Of a stretch of DNA of 64,000 bases, positions 54,048 to 64,000 are shown one piece after another (positions within the stretch are counted from its first letter, which is position 1; each line of letters opens with the position of its first letter). Origin of the DNA: a virus; IMG/VR virus record IMGVR_UViG_3300042311_000920, positions 9,440 to 73,439 of that record. One strand, written 5' to 3'. The notes below the pieces were generated by a model. It saw nothing but the letters and a program-made list of their open reading frames with translations, was not told the origin of the DNA and ran no database searches. The position numbers and the translations under genes are program-made.

Positions 54048-56447
54048 TTAGCTCATAAACCAATCTTCTTCGGCTTCAAAATCAATAGGCTCGTCATTTT
54101 CATTAGCTTGCTTCATTTTACTTTGTTGGCTTGCTTGAATTTTTGTCCTATCGTCCTTTCTCGATTCCTTAAATTCCTCTTTATCTAACGAAGTCATTGA
54201 TTCGATTTTTTTCAAGTAAACTTCTTGCTCGAATTCACGTTGTTCTTTTGGTACGGCTAATTGCTGTAAAGCTTGTGCTTTGGTTAATTCAATGCTTGTA
54301 GCTCTTTCAAGGAATTTTAAATCAATCTCCTTCATAGCTTGGTAAGATTGCAATTTTGCCATTTCAGCTGCTTGATTAGACATAGCGTCGTTCTTGCTTT
54401 TTTCTTGAGCTAACATTACTTGTTCTTCCTGACGTTGCTTCATTCGTTTTCTTCGGTGGTACATCAAATATTCAGTTGCTTTTTTGATGTTTACCTTGGC
54501 GATTTGTTTTGCTTGGTAAGCTACTTCTACGTCGATGGTTTGTTCTTGAACCGCAAGAGTAAGTAAATCTGCAAAATCTTTTATCTCTTGCGAAGTAGGG
54601 TTCATTTCGAATGTAAATCCGAACTCGTGCAAGTGACGGTCTTTTAGAATTTCCATAAAGTCAATCATTTGACGACCGACCACGTTGGCGTAAATCTCTT
54701 TGATTTTTTTAGCTTCTGAATAACTGAAAATACTGTGAATACGTGTGGAAATATTCTCGCTTAATTTTTTCTTGAAAAGCACGGCTGTCTCAACGATGTT
54801 TGCGGTAACTGTATTGCTTGCAAGTTCAGCCATTTGATTTACACCCACTAATGAATCGGCCGACATAGATCCGTCACGCGCTGGATTTACGCCCGTGTTT
54901 TCTCGGATGAAATTGTAGTACTGAGCCCATGTATTTAAAAGAATAGTTAGTGCAGAACCTTGTTGACTTCCATAAGGACGAACTGCAGGCGCGTCTTTTA
55001 GTCCCGTTTCGCCCATATCAATTCGTTTCTTGAAAACAACCCCTTTGGCGCTCATAAGCGATAAAGCCGTTTGCCAAACTTCTTTCTTAACACCTCCTTT
55101 GCCATCGTCAAGTTCGGCCAACATATCCAAATCGACTTCTTTTAAATCTGGAGTAAGTTCAGAAACTAACTGCTGAATTTTTAATGAAATCTTTTGCAGT
55201 TGACGTGAAGCTGCTTCGATGTTGTCAGTGAACGAACGCAATCTATTTTCGTAAATATCATAAGCGAATGTTACGAATGGCGACATTGCTTTATTCATCA
55301 CGTCGTCGTACTGATTTTCGCATTCTTTGTAACCGTAAATGTAATTTGTACCTACAATGTGGTTACCTTCAAACCATACATCAAAAGTGTTTGAAATCAT
55401 ACCAACGTCCTTTCTGTCGGGAGCTATGTAGTTATCATCTTTACGGCTTGCTTTTACAGTTTCTCCGTTACGAATTTTCTTTTTGTAAGTAATGGTTTTG
55501 GTAGTTTTGTAAGCAAAACGGCAAACGTTTACTTTGTAATTGATGATGTCTTCAATCTTACAGTTAGAATAATCAATTCCCATATTGGAATTACTCGCTC
55601 CGTATGATTTTGCTATTTTTCGCAATGTAGCATCATCAAATCCTGATTCTCTTTTAATGTCGCTAATAGAAACCGTTTCCACAACACCTTCATAAGTTTT
55701 GTCGAAAAAGTCGTTTCTCGTTACTCGGCTGTGGATATAGTTTTCGGGATCAACGTATGCAAGTTTTACACCGTCACTTTTATTGGTATAAATACGGCCA
55801 ACAATAAGTCCTACGTCAACCAGGTCTTTTGCGAATTGGCCTTCAAGGAATGACCATTCATTTGTATTAAAAACGTAGTCAATTAGAATTTCTTCGGCAA
55901 TTTCAATACGAGGACGCTCCTTAATTTCCATATAAAGATTCATTTCTTCCTCGTCTTCTGGAACAAAACCTTTTGGCATAAGGTCGATACCAAGTTCTTT
56001 TTTGGCTTTTAAAAGCATATTCTTGGACTTCATTTCTTTCAAGTAATAATCTTGCTGCTTTTCTTTTTTCATTGCAGAAAGCTTATCAGTTGCCCGAACG
56101 TCAAGTTTATAATTCTTATCTGAAAGCCCATTGGAAACGATACGGCAAAATTTCTCAGCCCAATTGATGTTGGACCAATCAATATTTATGTAGTCCAAAT
56201 CATTGTCGCCTTTAGCCATTTGATTTTTGAAATAGCCTGCATCGTGTTCACCACGGACAAATAGTCTTTTTTTACGGACGTATTCTTTCCTATTCATAAA
56301 TTCACATCCTGTGGTAATCATACCTCCGCTACCGAACCATTCGGACGAAATTAATTGTGCAATAGAAAGTCCGTAAGTATCTGTCTTTTTTTCTGAAAAC
56401 GGAGCTAATGGATCCGGGAATGAAATTGATTTTTTAACTGTGTCCAT
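54048..56447 (-). CDS. portal protein
   Basis: 799 aa after terminase; YVDPEN, TGVNPARDGS, coiled-coil C-terminus. Confidence 0.8.
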   Translation of the reverse strand: MDTVKKSISFPDPLAPFSEKKTDTYGLSIAQLISSEWFGSGGMITTGCEFMNRKEYVRKKRLFVRGEHDAGYFKNQMAKGDNDLDYINIDWSNINWAEKFCRIVSNGLSDKNYKLDVRATDKLSAMKKEKQQDYYLKEMKSKNMLLKAKKELGIDLMPKGFVPEDEEEMNLYMEIKERPRIEIAEEILIDYVFNTNEWSFLEGQFAKDLVDVGLIVGRIYTNKSDGVKLAYVDPENYIHSRVTRNDFFDKTYEGVVETVSISDIKRESGFDDATLRKIAKSYGASNSNMGIDYSNCKIEDIINYKVNVCRFAYKTTKTITYKKKIRNGETVKASRKDDNYIAPDRKDVGMISNTFDVWFEGNHIVGTNYIYGYKECENQYDDVMNKAMSPFVTFAYDIYENRLRSFTDNIEAASRQLQKISLKIQQLVSELTPDLKEVDLDMLAELDDGKGGVKKEVWQTALSLMSAKGVVFKKRIDMGETGLKDAPAVRPYGSQQGSALTILLNTWAQYYNFIRENTGVNPARDGSMSADSLVGVNQMAELASNTVTANIVETAVLFKKKLSENISTRIHSIFSYSEAKKIKEIYANVVGRQMIDFMEILKDRHLHEFGFTFEMNPTSQEIKDFADLLTLAVQEQTIDVEVAYQAKQIAKVNIKKATEYLMYHRRKRMKQRQEEQVMLAQEKSKNDAMSNQAAEMAKLQSYQAMKEIDLKFLERATSIELTKAQALQQLAVPKEQREFEQEVYLKKIESMTSLDKEEFKESRKDDRTKIQASQQSKMKQANENDEPIDFEAEEDWFMS

Positions 56448-56449
56448 GG

Positions 56450-58693
56450 TTATATTGCTTTAGAAATTGCACCTGTGTTATCGTATTTTTTAAAAGGAAT
56501 TCTCATTATTTTTTTCTCTGGTGGTGGAGCGGTCATTCTCGACTGTGTTCCTATTTTGGCTAAACTTGAACTGATGTAAGCGTCAAATTTTCCTCTCTTA
56601 CTTGGGTCGGTATTTTTCCATTGCCGTAATGTTCTTGAAAATGGCATATAACCTATTTCTTCTTTTGGTCTATAAGTATCGTCTCTGGCAATCCCTACGT
56701 GGTCGTTTATGTGTGAATTTATTGCGTGAAACTGTCTGTCGATTATTTTACCATTTTGAGCATTTACACCTCCGCATCGTTGTTCTTCTTTACTTAATTC
56801 ATTCCAAGGCACAAAAGGATTGTTTCTTACAAAGTGACGATAACCTCTATCTAAAATAAATTGAGAAAACTTGTCACTTGAAAACTCAGGCAACATTGGT
56901 AATGAATAATAAACCATTGACATAATCACATCTTCGTAGAATGTTTCAATAATTGACGGTCTGTCAATGTATTCTAAAATGTAACTGTTGTTTGGATAGC
57001 CCAAAGTACTCATAGGAATATACAAATGAATTGAACCTTTTGAACCTCTACCGTCAACCGTAGTACTTCTGTTAAAAGGGTCAACTCCAAAACAACCTTC
57101 TTCCGAACCAAATAATGGCGTCCACGCTTCTACACCGTGTTTTGTTTGTTTAGATTTTTTATTTCTGTGTTCTGGTTTTGGGTGGTATTTTTTAGCAATC
57201 CAAAATCGTCCATTATCAGGGTCGGGTCGCCAAATTACCTCACTGTCTTGAATCCCGTCTTTCCAATAGAAATTACCACGTTCAACTTCGTCATTACCGC
57301 AGTCGTTATCTTGTAGCTCGTGTTTATTATGGTCTAATTGTTCTAACAAATTTTCCAAAGCAAAAGCGCAAGTATCTGCTGAATCTCTAAAAGCATCATC
57401 AATACTATCAGGAAATTGTCTGAGTTGCTCGTTGTAATCTCCAGGTTTTCCACTTTTCTTTTTGGCGTCCAATTCGTTATTCAACCAAGTAACAGAACCT
57501 TTGGTTACATAAGTTCCTTCATCAGTAAGTATTCTTTCTGTTGGATCATCTACAATACTGAAACCGTAAGAATCAAAGAAACCTTCTAAACAATATCTTG
57601 ATCGAATAAAAATTCTGTACAATCCAGATTTAGTATTTCCGTTGTCGTTACGGTCGGTCGGGTCGCTGTTATTCCAAACATCAAAATATTCTTGTCCTCC
57701 GTCTTCCATTGGGTTTACGGTAGAAACAATCATTGCTTTACCGAATATTACACGTCCTTTTTGGTGCGAAGTACGAACTACATTCCAATATCTATCAAAT
57801 GGAACATCTTTTGGGAATTTACCCGCTTCATCAATTAACGAGCGAAAAATTCGTTTTCCGTCCATTGAGTTTTTAGCGGTGGCATACCACTTGATACTCG
57901 TGTTATTACTTTCTCCATCCTCGTCGTCCTCATCGTTTTTAAGTTTACCACGTTTGGATTGTTCTTTAAATGAAAGTTCTTTTTTAGGTGTATTTGAACC
58001 TTCTGTTTCGGGTTTGAAAAATGGTGGCAAACGCTTAAACGCTGTAACAATTCTTTCGAAAATCTCTCCCGCATCTTCACCCGTTTTGGAGATTATACCA
58101 AGTTTTTTATTTTCGTAAATCGTTCCTGTTTCAAGCATTTCGGCTACAGCCATTGACGAAGCACCCATACGTCTGTTCTTTACGTATTGCATTCCGTAGC
58201 ATCGATTGTCGGCTTTACACGCTTCCCAAAATATCATTAATTCGTTTTGAATTAATCGTAGGGTAGGGTAACCTTCTTCGATTTTTACCCATTGAATAAA
58301 AAACCAATACGTGCCGGTAAGATAAACTGGTTTGTTTTTTAGGTAAACCCAAACGCCTTCGTCACGCTTTCTAAATTGTTCGGTTATGTAATCTTGGAAT
58401 CTTGCGTGTTTTACCGTTTTGCTATTTAATCCTTCTGGAAGTTTTTCTCGGCTCCACTTTTGATTTGCAACGGTTTTATCAAAATTGATAATTTCGTTGT
58501 GTTCAGGTTTTTCAGGTAATCCGATATTTAATCCGCAAACATTGTAGATTTCTCCAAGCGTGCCGTCTTTGGAAATAATGACTGTATCGATTTGCTCGTT
58601 ATAGCCATATTTCCATTGCTTCGATTTATTACGCATTTTTCGTACGTTTTCATCGACTTGGTCAGAAACTATGTTACCTAAATAAAATATCAA
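56450..58693 (-). CDS. terL: terminase large subunit
   Basis: KNRRMGAS (Walker A-like), LIDEAGK (Walker B), VSTVN, FGVDPF nuclease. Confidence 0.88.
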   Translation of the reverse strand: MIFYLGNIVSDQVDENVRKMRNKSKQWKYGYNEQIDTVIISKDGTLGEIYNVCGLNIGLPEKPEHNEIINFDKTVANQKWSREKLPEGLNSKTVKHARFQDYITEQFRKRDEGVWVYLKNKPVYLTGTYWFFIQWVKIEEGYPTLRLIQNELMIFWEACKADNRCYGMQYVKNRRMGASSMAVAEMLETGTIYENKKLGIISKTGEDAGEIFERIVTAFKRLPPFFKPETEGSNTPKKELSFKEQSKRGKLKNDEDDEDGESNNTSIKWYATAKNSMDGKRIFRSLIDEAGKFPKDVPFDRYWNVVRTSHQKGRVIFGKAMIVSTVNPMEDGGQEYFDVWNNSDPTDRNDNGNTKSGLYRIFIRSRYCLEGFFDSYGFSIVDDPTERILTDEGTYVTKGSVTWLNNELDAKKKSGKPGDYNEQLRQFPDSIDDAFRDSADTCAFALENLLEQLDHNKHELQDNDCGNDEVERGNFYWKDGIQDSEVIWRPDPDNGRFWIAKKYHPKPEHRNKKSKQTKHGVEAWTPLFGSEEGCFGVDPFNRSTTVDGRGSKGSIHLYIPMSTLGYPNNSYILEYIDRPSIIETFYEDVIMSMVYYSLPMLPEFSSDKFSQFILDRGYRHFVRNNPFVPWNELSKEEQRCGGVNAQNGKIIDRQFHAINSHINDHVGIARDDTYRPKEEIGYMPFSRTLRQWKNTDPSKRGKFDAYISSSLAKIGTQSRMTAPPPEKKIMRIPFKKYDNTGAISKAI

Positions 58694-58697
58694 TTTG

Positions 58698-58970
58698 TTA
58701 TTGTTTTGAGAATTTCTTTGTTACGTTTCCTTCAATTTCTATTTCTTTGCCGTCAATAGGCTTTCCTGATAATTCCGCTTCAAGTAAATCAACTTCCTTT
58801 GCGTAAAATTTTACGTCGTCCGTAGCCATTCGTTTTGCTTTTAAAACAGCATGCAGTTTATCGTCGGTTATTTCGCTATCAATCGGCTGTGATATAATTA
58901 CCATACATTGATTTATAGCTGTTTTTAGGCTTTCAATTATCTCTGGTATCTGTTCTTTATAGTAGCTCAT
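58698..58970 (-). CDS. putative terminase small subunit
   Basis: Small helical ORF directly upstream of terL; positional inference. Confidence 0.4.
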   Translation of the reverse strand: MSYYKEQIPEIIESLKTAINQCMVIISQPIDSEITDDKLHAVLKAKRMATDDVKFYAKEVDLLEAELSGKPIDGKEIEIEGNVTKKFSKQ

Positions 58971-58971
58971 A

Positions 58972-59574
58972 TTAATTTATTTTAGCGATTACGTGTCTAT
59001 TCTGAATCCAGAAATATTCTTTTCCTTCAATCCAAAATTTCACTCCCAAGTTTGGTTTAATAAAAATCTTGTCACCGTTGGTTACTCCTTCGTTTTCCAA
59101 ATCGGTATTCGAGAATAAAACTTTGGCAAAAACTTCTGATTTTTTTGTTTTTTCTTGCTCGATAACAATGGCTCCCATTTTTACTTCTGGAATAATTTCT
59201 TTTTCCATTTCCGCAAGTAAACTTTGATCAAACCCTTTCCATTCGGCTCGCTCGTTTTCACGGTACAGAACAATCATATCAGGCGATATTTTGAATATTC
59301 CATTGATACGGTCTATCATAAAATTATTCTCCGTTACACCTCCGATTACATAATCTTGCTGATAGAAAATAGTAGGGTCAACCATTACTTGATACCCTGA
59401 TTTTATTTCGCAATCTTCCAAAGCCAATGGCAATTCTAAAACTGTTGCAATTCTATTCGCTAATCGTTCTGCAGAAAACCGAACGTCGGCATGTAATTCT
59501 AAACCGCCTTCTGTTACGAAAGTCTTGGCGAACTCAAAATCTGATTTAATTATAAAGTCGTGAACTCCTATCAT
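58972..59574 (-). CDS. GroES-like (tandem) co-chaperonin-like protein
   Basis: TEGGLEL...GYQVMV; GVTNGDKIF...IEGKEYF. Confidence 0.5.
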   Translation of the reverse strand: MIGVHDFIIKSDFEFAKTFVTEGGLELHADVRFSAERLANRIATVLELPLALEDCEIKSGYQVMVDPTIFYQQDYVIGGVTENNFMIDRINGIFKISPDMIVLYRENERAEWKGFDQSLLAEMEKEIIPEVKMGAIVIEQEKTKKSEVFAKVLFSNTDLENEGVTNGDKIFIKPNLGVKFWIEGKEYFWIQNRHVIAKIN

Positions 59575-59579
59575 ATTTT

Positions 59580-59616
59580 TTACACTTTTACTACACTTTT
59601 ACTACACTTTTTACAC
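59580..59616. repeat. three tandem 11-bp repeats (CTACACTTTTA)
   Basis: Intergenic, directly upstream of 58972-59574. Confidence 0.8.
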
Positions 59617-59634
59617 ACAATTAGGTAAAAAAAA

Positions 59635-59982
59635 TCAACGTACTGCAAAGAACACCGCTGTGCCTAATGATGCGAAAGTGCCTATTTTCCAAAACGTTTT
59701 TTTTCTATTGGCACTTTTGATGCTTTTTTCTTGTTCGCTAATTAATTGTTGCTGCTTACTGATTAGATTTTCAGAAGTCAATAACAATACTTCTTGAATG
59801 GTTAATTTTTGTTCCGTAAGTACTAATACTTTTTTCGTTTCAGTCAATTCTTTTTTACAATAATCCCCTTCAATCAAATCTTTGATTACTTTTTTTGCCG
59901 TAATGCTATCTAGGATAACGTTCTGCGAAAAACTGCTGATACTCACTAACAGTAAGAGTATCAATGCTAAGTATTTTTTCAT
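59635..59982 (-). CDS. spanin-like/lysis accessory protein
   Basis: Signal peptide, coiled coil, C-terminal hydrophobic tail; lysis module. Confidence 0.5.
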   Translation of the reverse strand: MKKYLALILLLLVSISSFSQNVILDSITAKKVIKDLIEGDYCKKELTETKKVLVLTEQKLTIQEVLLLTSENLISKQQQLISEQEKSIKSANRKKTFWKIGTFASLGTAVFFAVR

Positions 59983-60235
59983 TTTTTTCTCTATTAATAA
60001 TGACTATATTTCCCTTTTTGTTTTCAATTTCAGCCGTTAAACTGTCGGCTATTTTTGCAAGTTCTAAACTCATTTGAGATAGCTGATGAATTTTGTTTTT
60101 TAATTCGGCTTCTTTAGAATTATTAGGCCCAGGATTGCATTTCCATAAAAACAATAATATAGCAATCGCTACGACCCAACCCAACCATTTGAATACCTCT
60201 TTATAATTTACGGCGTAAAGATTTATTTGTTTCAT
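59906..60235 (-). CDS. spanin-like membrane protein
   Basis: N-terminal TM and coiled coil; overlaps the next gene. Confidence 0.5.
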   Translation of the reverse strand: MKQINLYAVNYKEVFKWLGWVVAIAILLFLWKCNPGPNNSKEAELKNKIHQLSQMSLELAKIADSLTAEIENKKGNIVIINREKNEKILSIDTLTVSEYQQFFAERYPR

Positions 60236-60753
60236 TACTCTTCGTTTTTACTGATAAAACCATTTGCATTTACAAACACTTGCTTTACGTTCGCCGGTTG
60301 AGCAATTTGCCAAGCGGTACGTCTAATACCTGATAAACGGCTTTTTTCAATTCGGGTAATGTTTACCATATTAGATTGATTTCCGCCTAAAATATGGTAG
60401 CAAACAGAATCTTCGCCAACATAGATGCCTACGTGTCCACCTGACTGACGTTTGAAAGTGATAACATCCCCGAGCATAGCTGTTTTTTGACGTGTCCCGA
60501 ATTTATTCCAATTCAACGCCCAAAGAGGTTTTTCGGGAAATTCTAATCCTGCACGCTTGCATACGATCGCCATAAATAAACCACACCAAGGGATTTCATC
60601 GGCTGTGTACGTTTTTTCAATTCCGAGTTCTTTAGCCCAACCCATTATTTCAGCATTGTGTTTTACTCCTACGATTTCCTTTGTTCCAATCAATCGCAAA
60701 GCTTGAACTAAAATTTGTGGCGAACGTACTTTTTTTAGATAGTCGTAATTCAT
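60235..60753 (-). CDS. endolysin, TIGR02594/NlpC-P60-like
   Basis: DEIPWCGLF, GGHVGIYVG, LGGNQSNMV. Confidence 0.85.
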   Translation of the reverse strand: MNYDYLKKVRSPQILVQALRLIGTKEIVGVKHNAEIMGWAKELGIEKTYTADEIPWCGLFMAIVCKRAGLEFPEKPLWALNWNKFGTRQKTAMLGDVITFKRQSGGHVGIYVGEDSVCYHILGGNQSNMVNITRIEKSRLSGIRRTAWQIAQPANVKQVFVNANGFISKNEE

Positions 60754-60755
60754 AA

Positions 60756-61187
60756 TTATTCGTTTAAATCGTTAATATCCTTTTTCAAATCCTTTGTCTT
60801 ACTAATCAATTCTTTCAAAATTACCCAAAAAGACTTGTTTCCTAGTTTCATCGAGGTTTCGTCAATGGATTTTATTTCAATGTAAATCCAAACAAAAGTA
60901 ATCGTTTTGGAGATTATATTTTTCACATTGAAAATACTTCCCTCTATAATGTGTTGGTCGATTAAATATGCGAGTAAAATAGTACTCATATAAAAAAAAG
61001 TCTTAACAACTATATTGAATAGTTTTGTTGAGCTAAAAGAACGCCAGCCCTTTAGTTTTACATTCATATAAATTGCAAAAAAAGTATCGAAAATCACGGC
61101 TGTTGATACTAGAATTAATAACCCATGTATAGGCGTTACGAATAGTAAGAAAGTGAAACAGACGTATTTTAAAAAAGAGGTAATCAT
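60756..61187 (-). CDS. holin
   Basis: Multiple TM segments, D-T-F-F..., IEIKSIDE; adjacent to the endolysin. Confidence 0.75.
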   Translation of the reverse strand: MITSFLKYVCFTFLLFVTPIHGLLILVSTAVIFDTFFAIYMNVKLKGWRSFSSTKLFNIVVKTFFYMSTILLAYLIDQHIIEGSIFNVKNIISKTITFVWIYIEIKSIDETSMKLGNKSFWVILKELISKTKDLKKDINDLNE

Positions 61188-61242
61188 ATTGAAAAAATTA
61201 AATGATTATAAAACGGTTACGGCAAATTCTGTTCTTTTGCCA

Positions 61243-61542
61243 TTACAATATATTTTTAATGATGTAAATAGCCAAAGGAATTGCAAAGGTCGCAATTGCA
61301 TCAAAGAAATTTCCCGTGCCTTTTTTTCTAAACTCCGACAAAAACTCGACAAAAAAAGCAATAATTACTACGCTTGCAAATGCGAAGTCTTCGGGAATAA
61401 AAAAAGATAATCCAAAATAAATAACAGTTCCAAAAAAAGCGTGTAAAATGTATTCGGCATATTTCAAGTCCTTAAACCATTCAGGCATTAAGTTGAAAAA
61501 TGTTATCTTAAAATCGTTGATTTGTTCTAGTATTTCTTTCAT
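61243..61542 (-). CDS. small membrane protein
   Basis: Three hydrophobic segments. Confidence 0.6.
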   Translation of the reverse strand: MKEILEQINDFKITFFNLMPEWFKDLKYAEYILHAFFGTVIYFGLSFFIPEDFAFASVVIIAFFVEFLSEFRKKGTGNFFDAIATFAIPLAIYIIKNIL

Positions 61543-61589
61543 TGTGGTTTGTTTAGTGGCATTTTGCCAATGGATATTAAGTATTAAAA

Positions 61590-61616
61590 TAACCCTCTAG
61601 TTAAAGAGGGTATTTG
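61590..61616 (-). terminator. terminator-like hairpin
   Basis: ACCCTCT-AGTTAA-AGAGGGT. Confidence 0.55.
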
Positions 61617-62111
61617 TTACACGATGTTCTTTGATGTTTTAATTTCTTTTATTGTCAAAACGCTTCCTTTTCTTACCAAAATAGGCAATTCAGCATAGTT
61701 TACATCAAAAGATAATGCTGGAGTAATTAAAACCGAATCCTTAGCCTTAAAAGTTCCTTTGATGTTGAAAAAAGGATAAGCCTCGTTAAAGTACGGAAAT
61801 TCTTTTGGCTCAAAGCTATTATGGTTAAAATATTTAACGCCATACGCCGTGTTATTTTCGTCCGATTCTAGTTTTGTATTGCAAGAATAATTATAAATAA
61901 CTTCGTCACAATTCTCATGCCCGATAAACCCAAAATGGAATCTATCTCCGCCTCCTAAAACTGTAAAGTCTGCAAATAAATTTACTTCAAACTCGTAAGT
62001 TTTTCCCGCTGTAATTGGCACACTTCCTGACCCTACGTTAAAAATTTTTTTTAACGAACCGTCTATTTCAATTTGATAATCGCATAGACTAATAATTTTA
62101 CTTCCCTTCAT
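61617..62111 (-). CDS. putative tail-fibre-associated protein
   Basis: 164 aa, beta-rich. Confidence 0.55.
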   Translation of the reverse strand: MKGSKIISLCDYQIEIDGSLKKIFNVGSGSVPITAGKTYEFEVNLFADFTVLGGGDRFHFGFIGHENCDEVIYNYSCNTKLESDENNTAYGVKYFNHNSFEPKEFPYFNEAYPFFNIKGTFKAKDSVLITPALSFDVNYAELPILVRKGSVLTIKEIKTSKNIV

Positions 62112-62133
62112 TTTTATAAAAATTTAATTAATA

Positions 62134-62898
62134 TTATTTGTATAGTTTTATCGTAATTCCTCGACTAGTGATTGTTTCAGTTAACTGAGGATTAATATAC
62201 ATATCTAGCGCGTATTCTTGACCAGCTACATAAGATTCTAAAGAAATTGCAACCGCCCCAGTGTTAACCCCAACGTCAGTAGATGTGAATTGTGATACTG
62301 CCAAGTTATCGGGACCGACGTGCATTTTTTTCTCTATATATTGATTTGCATCACCCCCTGAGTATATGTGAAATTCGGAACTATCGACTAAATTTCTAAA
62401 CCTTAGCTCAATCGCTTGCGTGATATTTCCATCGTCACTAATTGTTTCAGCATCAATTTTTATTTTTTTATAATCGCTAATTTTTCCGATATTAATTGAC
62501 CTTGCTAAAATTTGCGTACTATTCGTGCTTACTAGATTATTTTGAATTATAGTTATAGGTAAGTCGCTTTTTTTCGCATACTCAACACTACTCCAAACCG
62601 TACCGTTGTAAAATCTATAAACTAAAGCACCAGATGTATAACCTACACCGTCTATTGTGGTTGTTCCGCCTACTACGTGAACAATATAACCCTTGTTTGT
62701 TTCGGGCGTTGGGTCGGTAATTGTTAAAGTTCCATTTGTGGAATAAGCTACTAAATTAACCGCTGTGAAATTTGATGTTTGGATGTTAGCGAAGGGAATA
62801 TATCCCGTTTCATTTTCATGAACTAACAACTTAACCATTTCAGTAGTTACTTCCGCGCCTTTAGGTTTGTTTTCTAATATGTATGTTCTTTTATTCAT
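62134..62898 (-). CDS. putative tail-fibre-associated protein
   Basis: 254 aa, T/G/V-rich. Confidence 0.55.
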   Translation of the reverse strand: MNKRTYILENKPKGAEVTTEMVKLLVHENETGYIPFANIQTSNFTAVNLVAYSTNGTLTITDPTPETNKGYIVHVVGGTTTIDGVGYTSGALVYRFYNGTVWSSVEYAKKSDLPITIIQNNLVSTNSTQILARSINIGKISDYKKIKIDAETISDDGNITQAIELRFRNLVDSSEFHIYSGGDANQYIEKKMHVGPDNLAVSQFTSTDVGVNTGAVAISLESYVAGQEYALDMYINPQLTETITSRGITIKLYK

Positions 62899-63998
62899 TA
62901 GTCAGTAATGTTGGCGTTTTTAGTAAATAAAATAGTTTCGAATCCAGTGCCAAATGCAGTATCAATATTTAAGTTTGTTTCTAACCCGCATCCAGGATCA
63001 AATAATGGCTGAGCTGATGCCCAAGATTCCGAGGCAACCCAACCAGCACTATCAATTTGATTACTAGCAATTGTAAACTGCCATACTGAAGGAGGCAATA
63101 CGTTTTCTGGACTTAAAAAGCTTAAATTATTACCATCTAAAAAAACACGCTCTAGACTTGTAAGTCCGCTAAGATTTAAATTAAAAATTTCTATTAGGTT
63201 ACCGCTTAAATTTAATTTTAACAAGGTTAATGGTAAATTATTAAATCCGAATTGAACTATTAAGTTTCCCACTAAGCTTAATTCAGTCAACATAGGCAAT
63301 TGCAGATCCGGGTTAAAATCAACTATTTGATTATTATCTATAAATAATTTAGTTAAAGTGTCAGGCAAAGGTTTTGAAGGATTAAAAACAAGTAAATTAT
63401 TATCGCTTAAGTCTAACTCTAAAATACCCTCATATGAAAAAATATTGATATTTGTAACGCCTAAATTATTAAGATAAATATATTCATTTGAAGTCTGAAT
63501 ATTGCATCTTAACCTCCCTTCAACTAAACTAAAATCGCTTACCGTTGCCGAAATATAATTTTCAAATACACTTTGATTTGTAATTTCATTTCCTTCCCAA
63601 TCAGCTGTTACATCAAAGTTATAACTAAGTTCATCCGTAACTTCAAAATAATAAATCTCATTATCATTTTCGACAATTTCCAAAGTCTCAATCCAATCTT
63701 TTACAATTTCGTTTGTGAGTTCGTCAAATGTGGATAATCCTAAATCTGATAGCGTTGTTGTGAAAAATATATTTTTCTTAAAACTGCCACCACCGCTAGG
63801 TGTTCCATTAGCTAATAAGTGGTTGACGCTCCAATATTCCACATCATCAACAACTTCAATTAATTTTAAAATTGCAAGTCCGTTGGTTGGGATTAGAGGA
63901 GAGCCTATAAATTCAATGTCTGTATCAAATAAAACCTCTCTAGGTGTAGGCGAAGTATTTTTAATCCAAAATTCCGTATTAGCTGTAAATCCTAAACT
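62898..63998 (-). CDS. leucine-rich-repeat protein, 5' end beyond the window
   Basis: Repeats LxxLxLxxNxI (LELDLSDNNL, LTKLFIDNNQI, LLKLNLSGNLI); frame stays open to the window edge. Confidence 0.8.
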   Translation of the reverse strand, partial: SLGFTANTEFWIKNTSPTPREVLFDTDIEFIGSPLIPTNGLAILKLIEVVDDVEYWSVNHLLANGTPSGGGSFKKNIFFTTTLSDLGLSTFDELTNEIVKDWIETLEIVENDNEIYYFEVTDELSYNFDVTADWEGNEITNQSVFENYISATVSDFSLVEGRLRCNIQTSNEYIYLNNLGVTNINIFSYEGILELDLSDNNLLVFNPSKPLPDTLTKLFIDNNQIVDFNPDLQLPMLTELSLVGNLIVQFGFNNLPLTLLKLNLSGNLIEIFNLNLSGLTSLERVFLDGNNLSFLSPENVLPPSVWQFTIASNQIDSAGWVASESWASAQPLFDPGCGLETNLNIDTAFGTGFETILFTKNANITD

Positions 63999-64000
63999 TA

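Noticed and set aside
302-61410. Short antisense ORFs in the six-frame track (e.g. 1181-1513, 9781-10095, 45956-46426, 57642-58118)
   Set aside because: Shadows of longer motif-bearing genes on the opposite strand
1-64000. tRNA/rRNA genes, reverse transcriptase (DGR/retron), DNA polymerase
   Set aside because: No cloverleaf or T-loop pattern, YxDD RT or polymerase motifs recognised by eye; tRNAscan and HMM searches were not run

Overview
AT-rich 64-kb segment of a Bacteroidota (probably Flavobacteriia) temperate-type podophage or prophage. The + strand (1-32084) carries early, regulatory and replication genes: tyrosine integrase, antirepressor, putative recombination proteins, two NUMOD4-HNH endonucleases, HU and dUTPase. 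The - strand (32098-64000) carries lysis and virion genes: holin, NlpC/P60 endolysin, terminase, portal, scaffold, capsid, tail ring/stabilisation proteins and a 2497-aa polyvalent ejection protein. The main discovery is two integron-like gene-cassette arrays in the early region (~2989-13055, 20 units; ~22185-25367, 6 units). Small ORFs are bounded by cassette-specific inverted repeats (GTT...AAC, ~10-16 bp, with a near-invariant G.T wobble) and separated by attC-like hairpins of non-canonical geometry, mostly 122-128 bp. Nine ORFs appear to start inside the upstream hairpin. Both arrays begin at the TAA(C) stop of a non-cassette gene and end in the same AACTAAT-N3-TAAYCGCTATAAA site followed by a small ORF ending ...PF*. 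Six DNA methyltransferase cassettes sit at that end. No IntI-type integrase is recognisable in the window. The control region also holds a truncated CI-like HTH, operator-like palindromes and a hammerhead-like motif. All calls were made by eye and product names need HMM confirmation.
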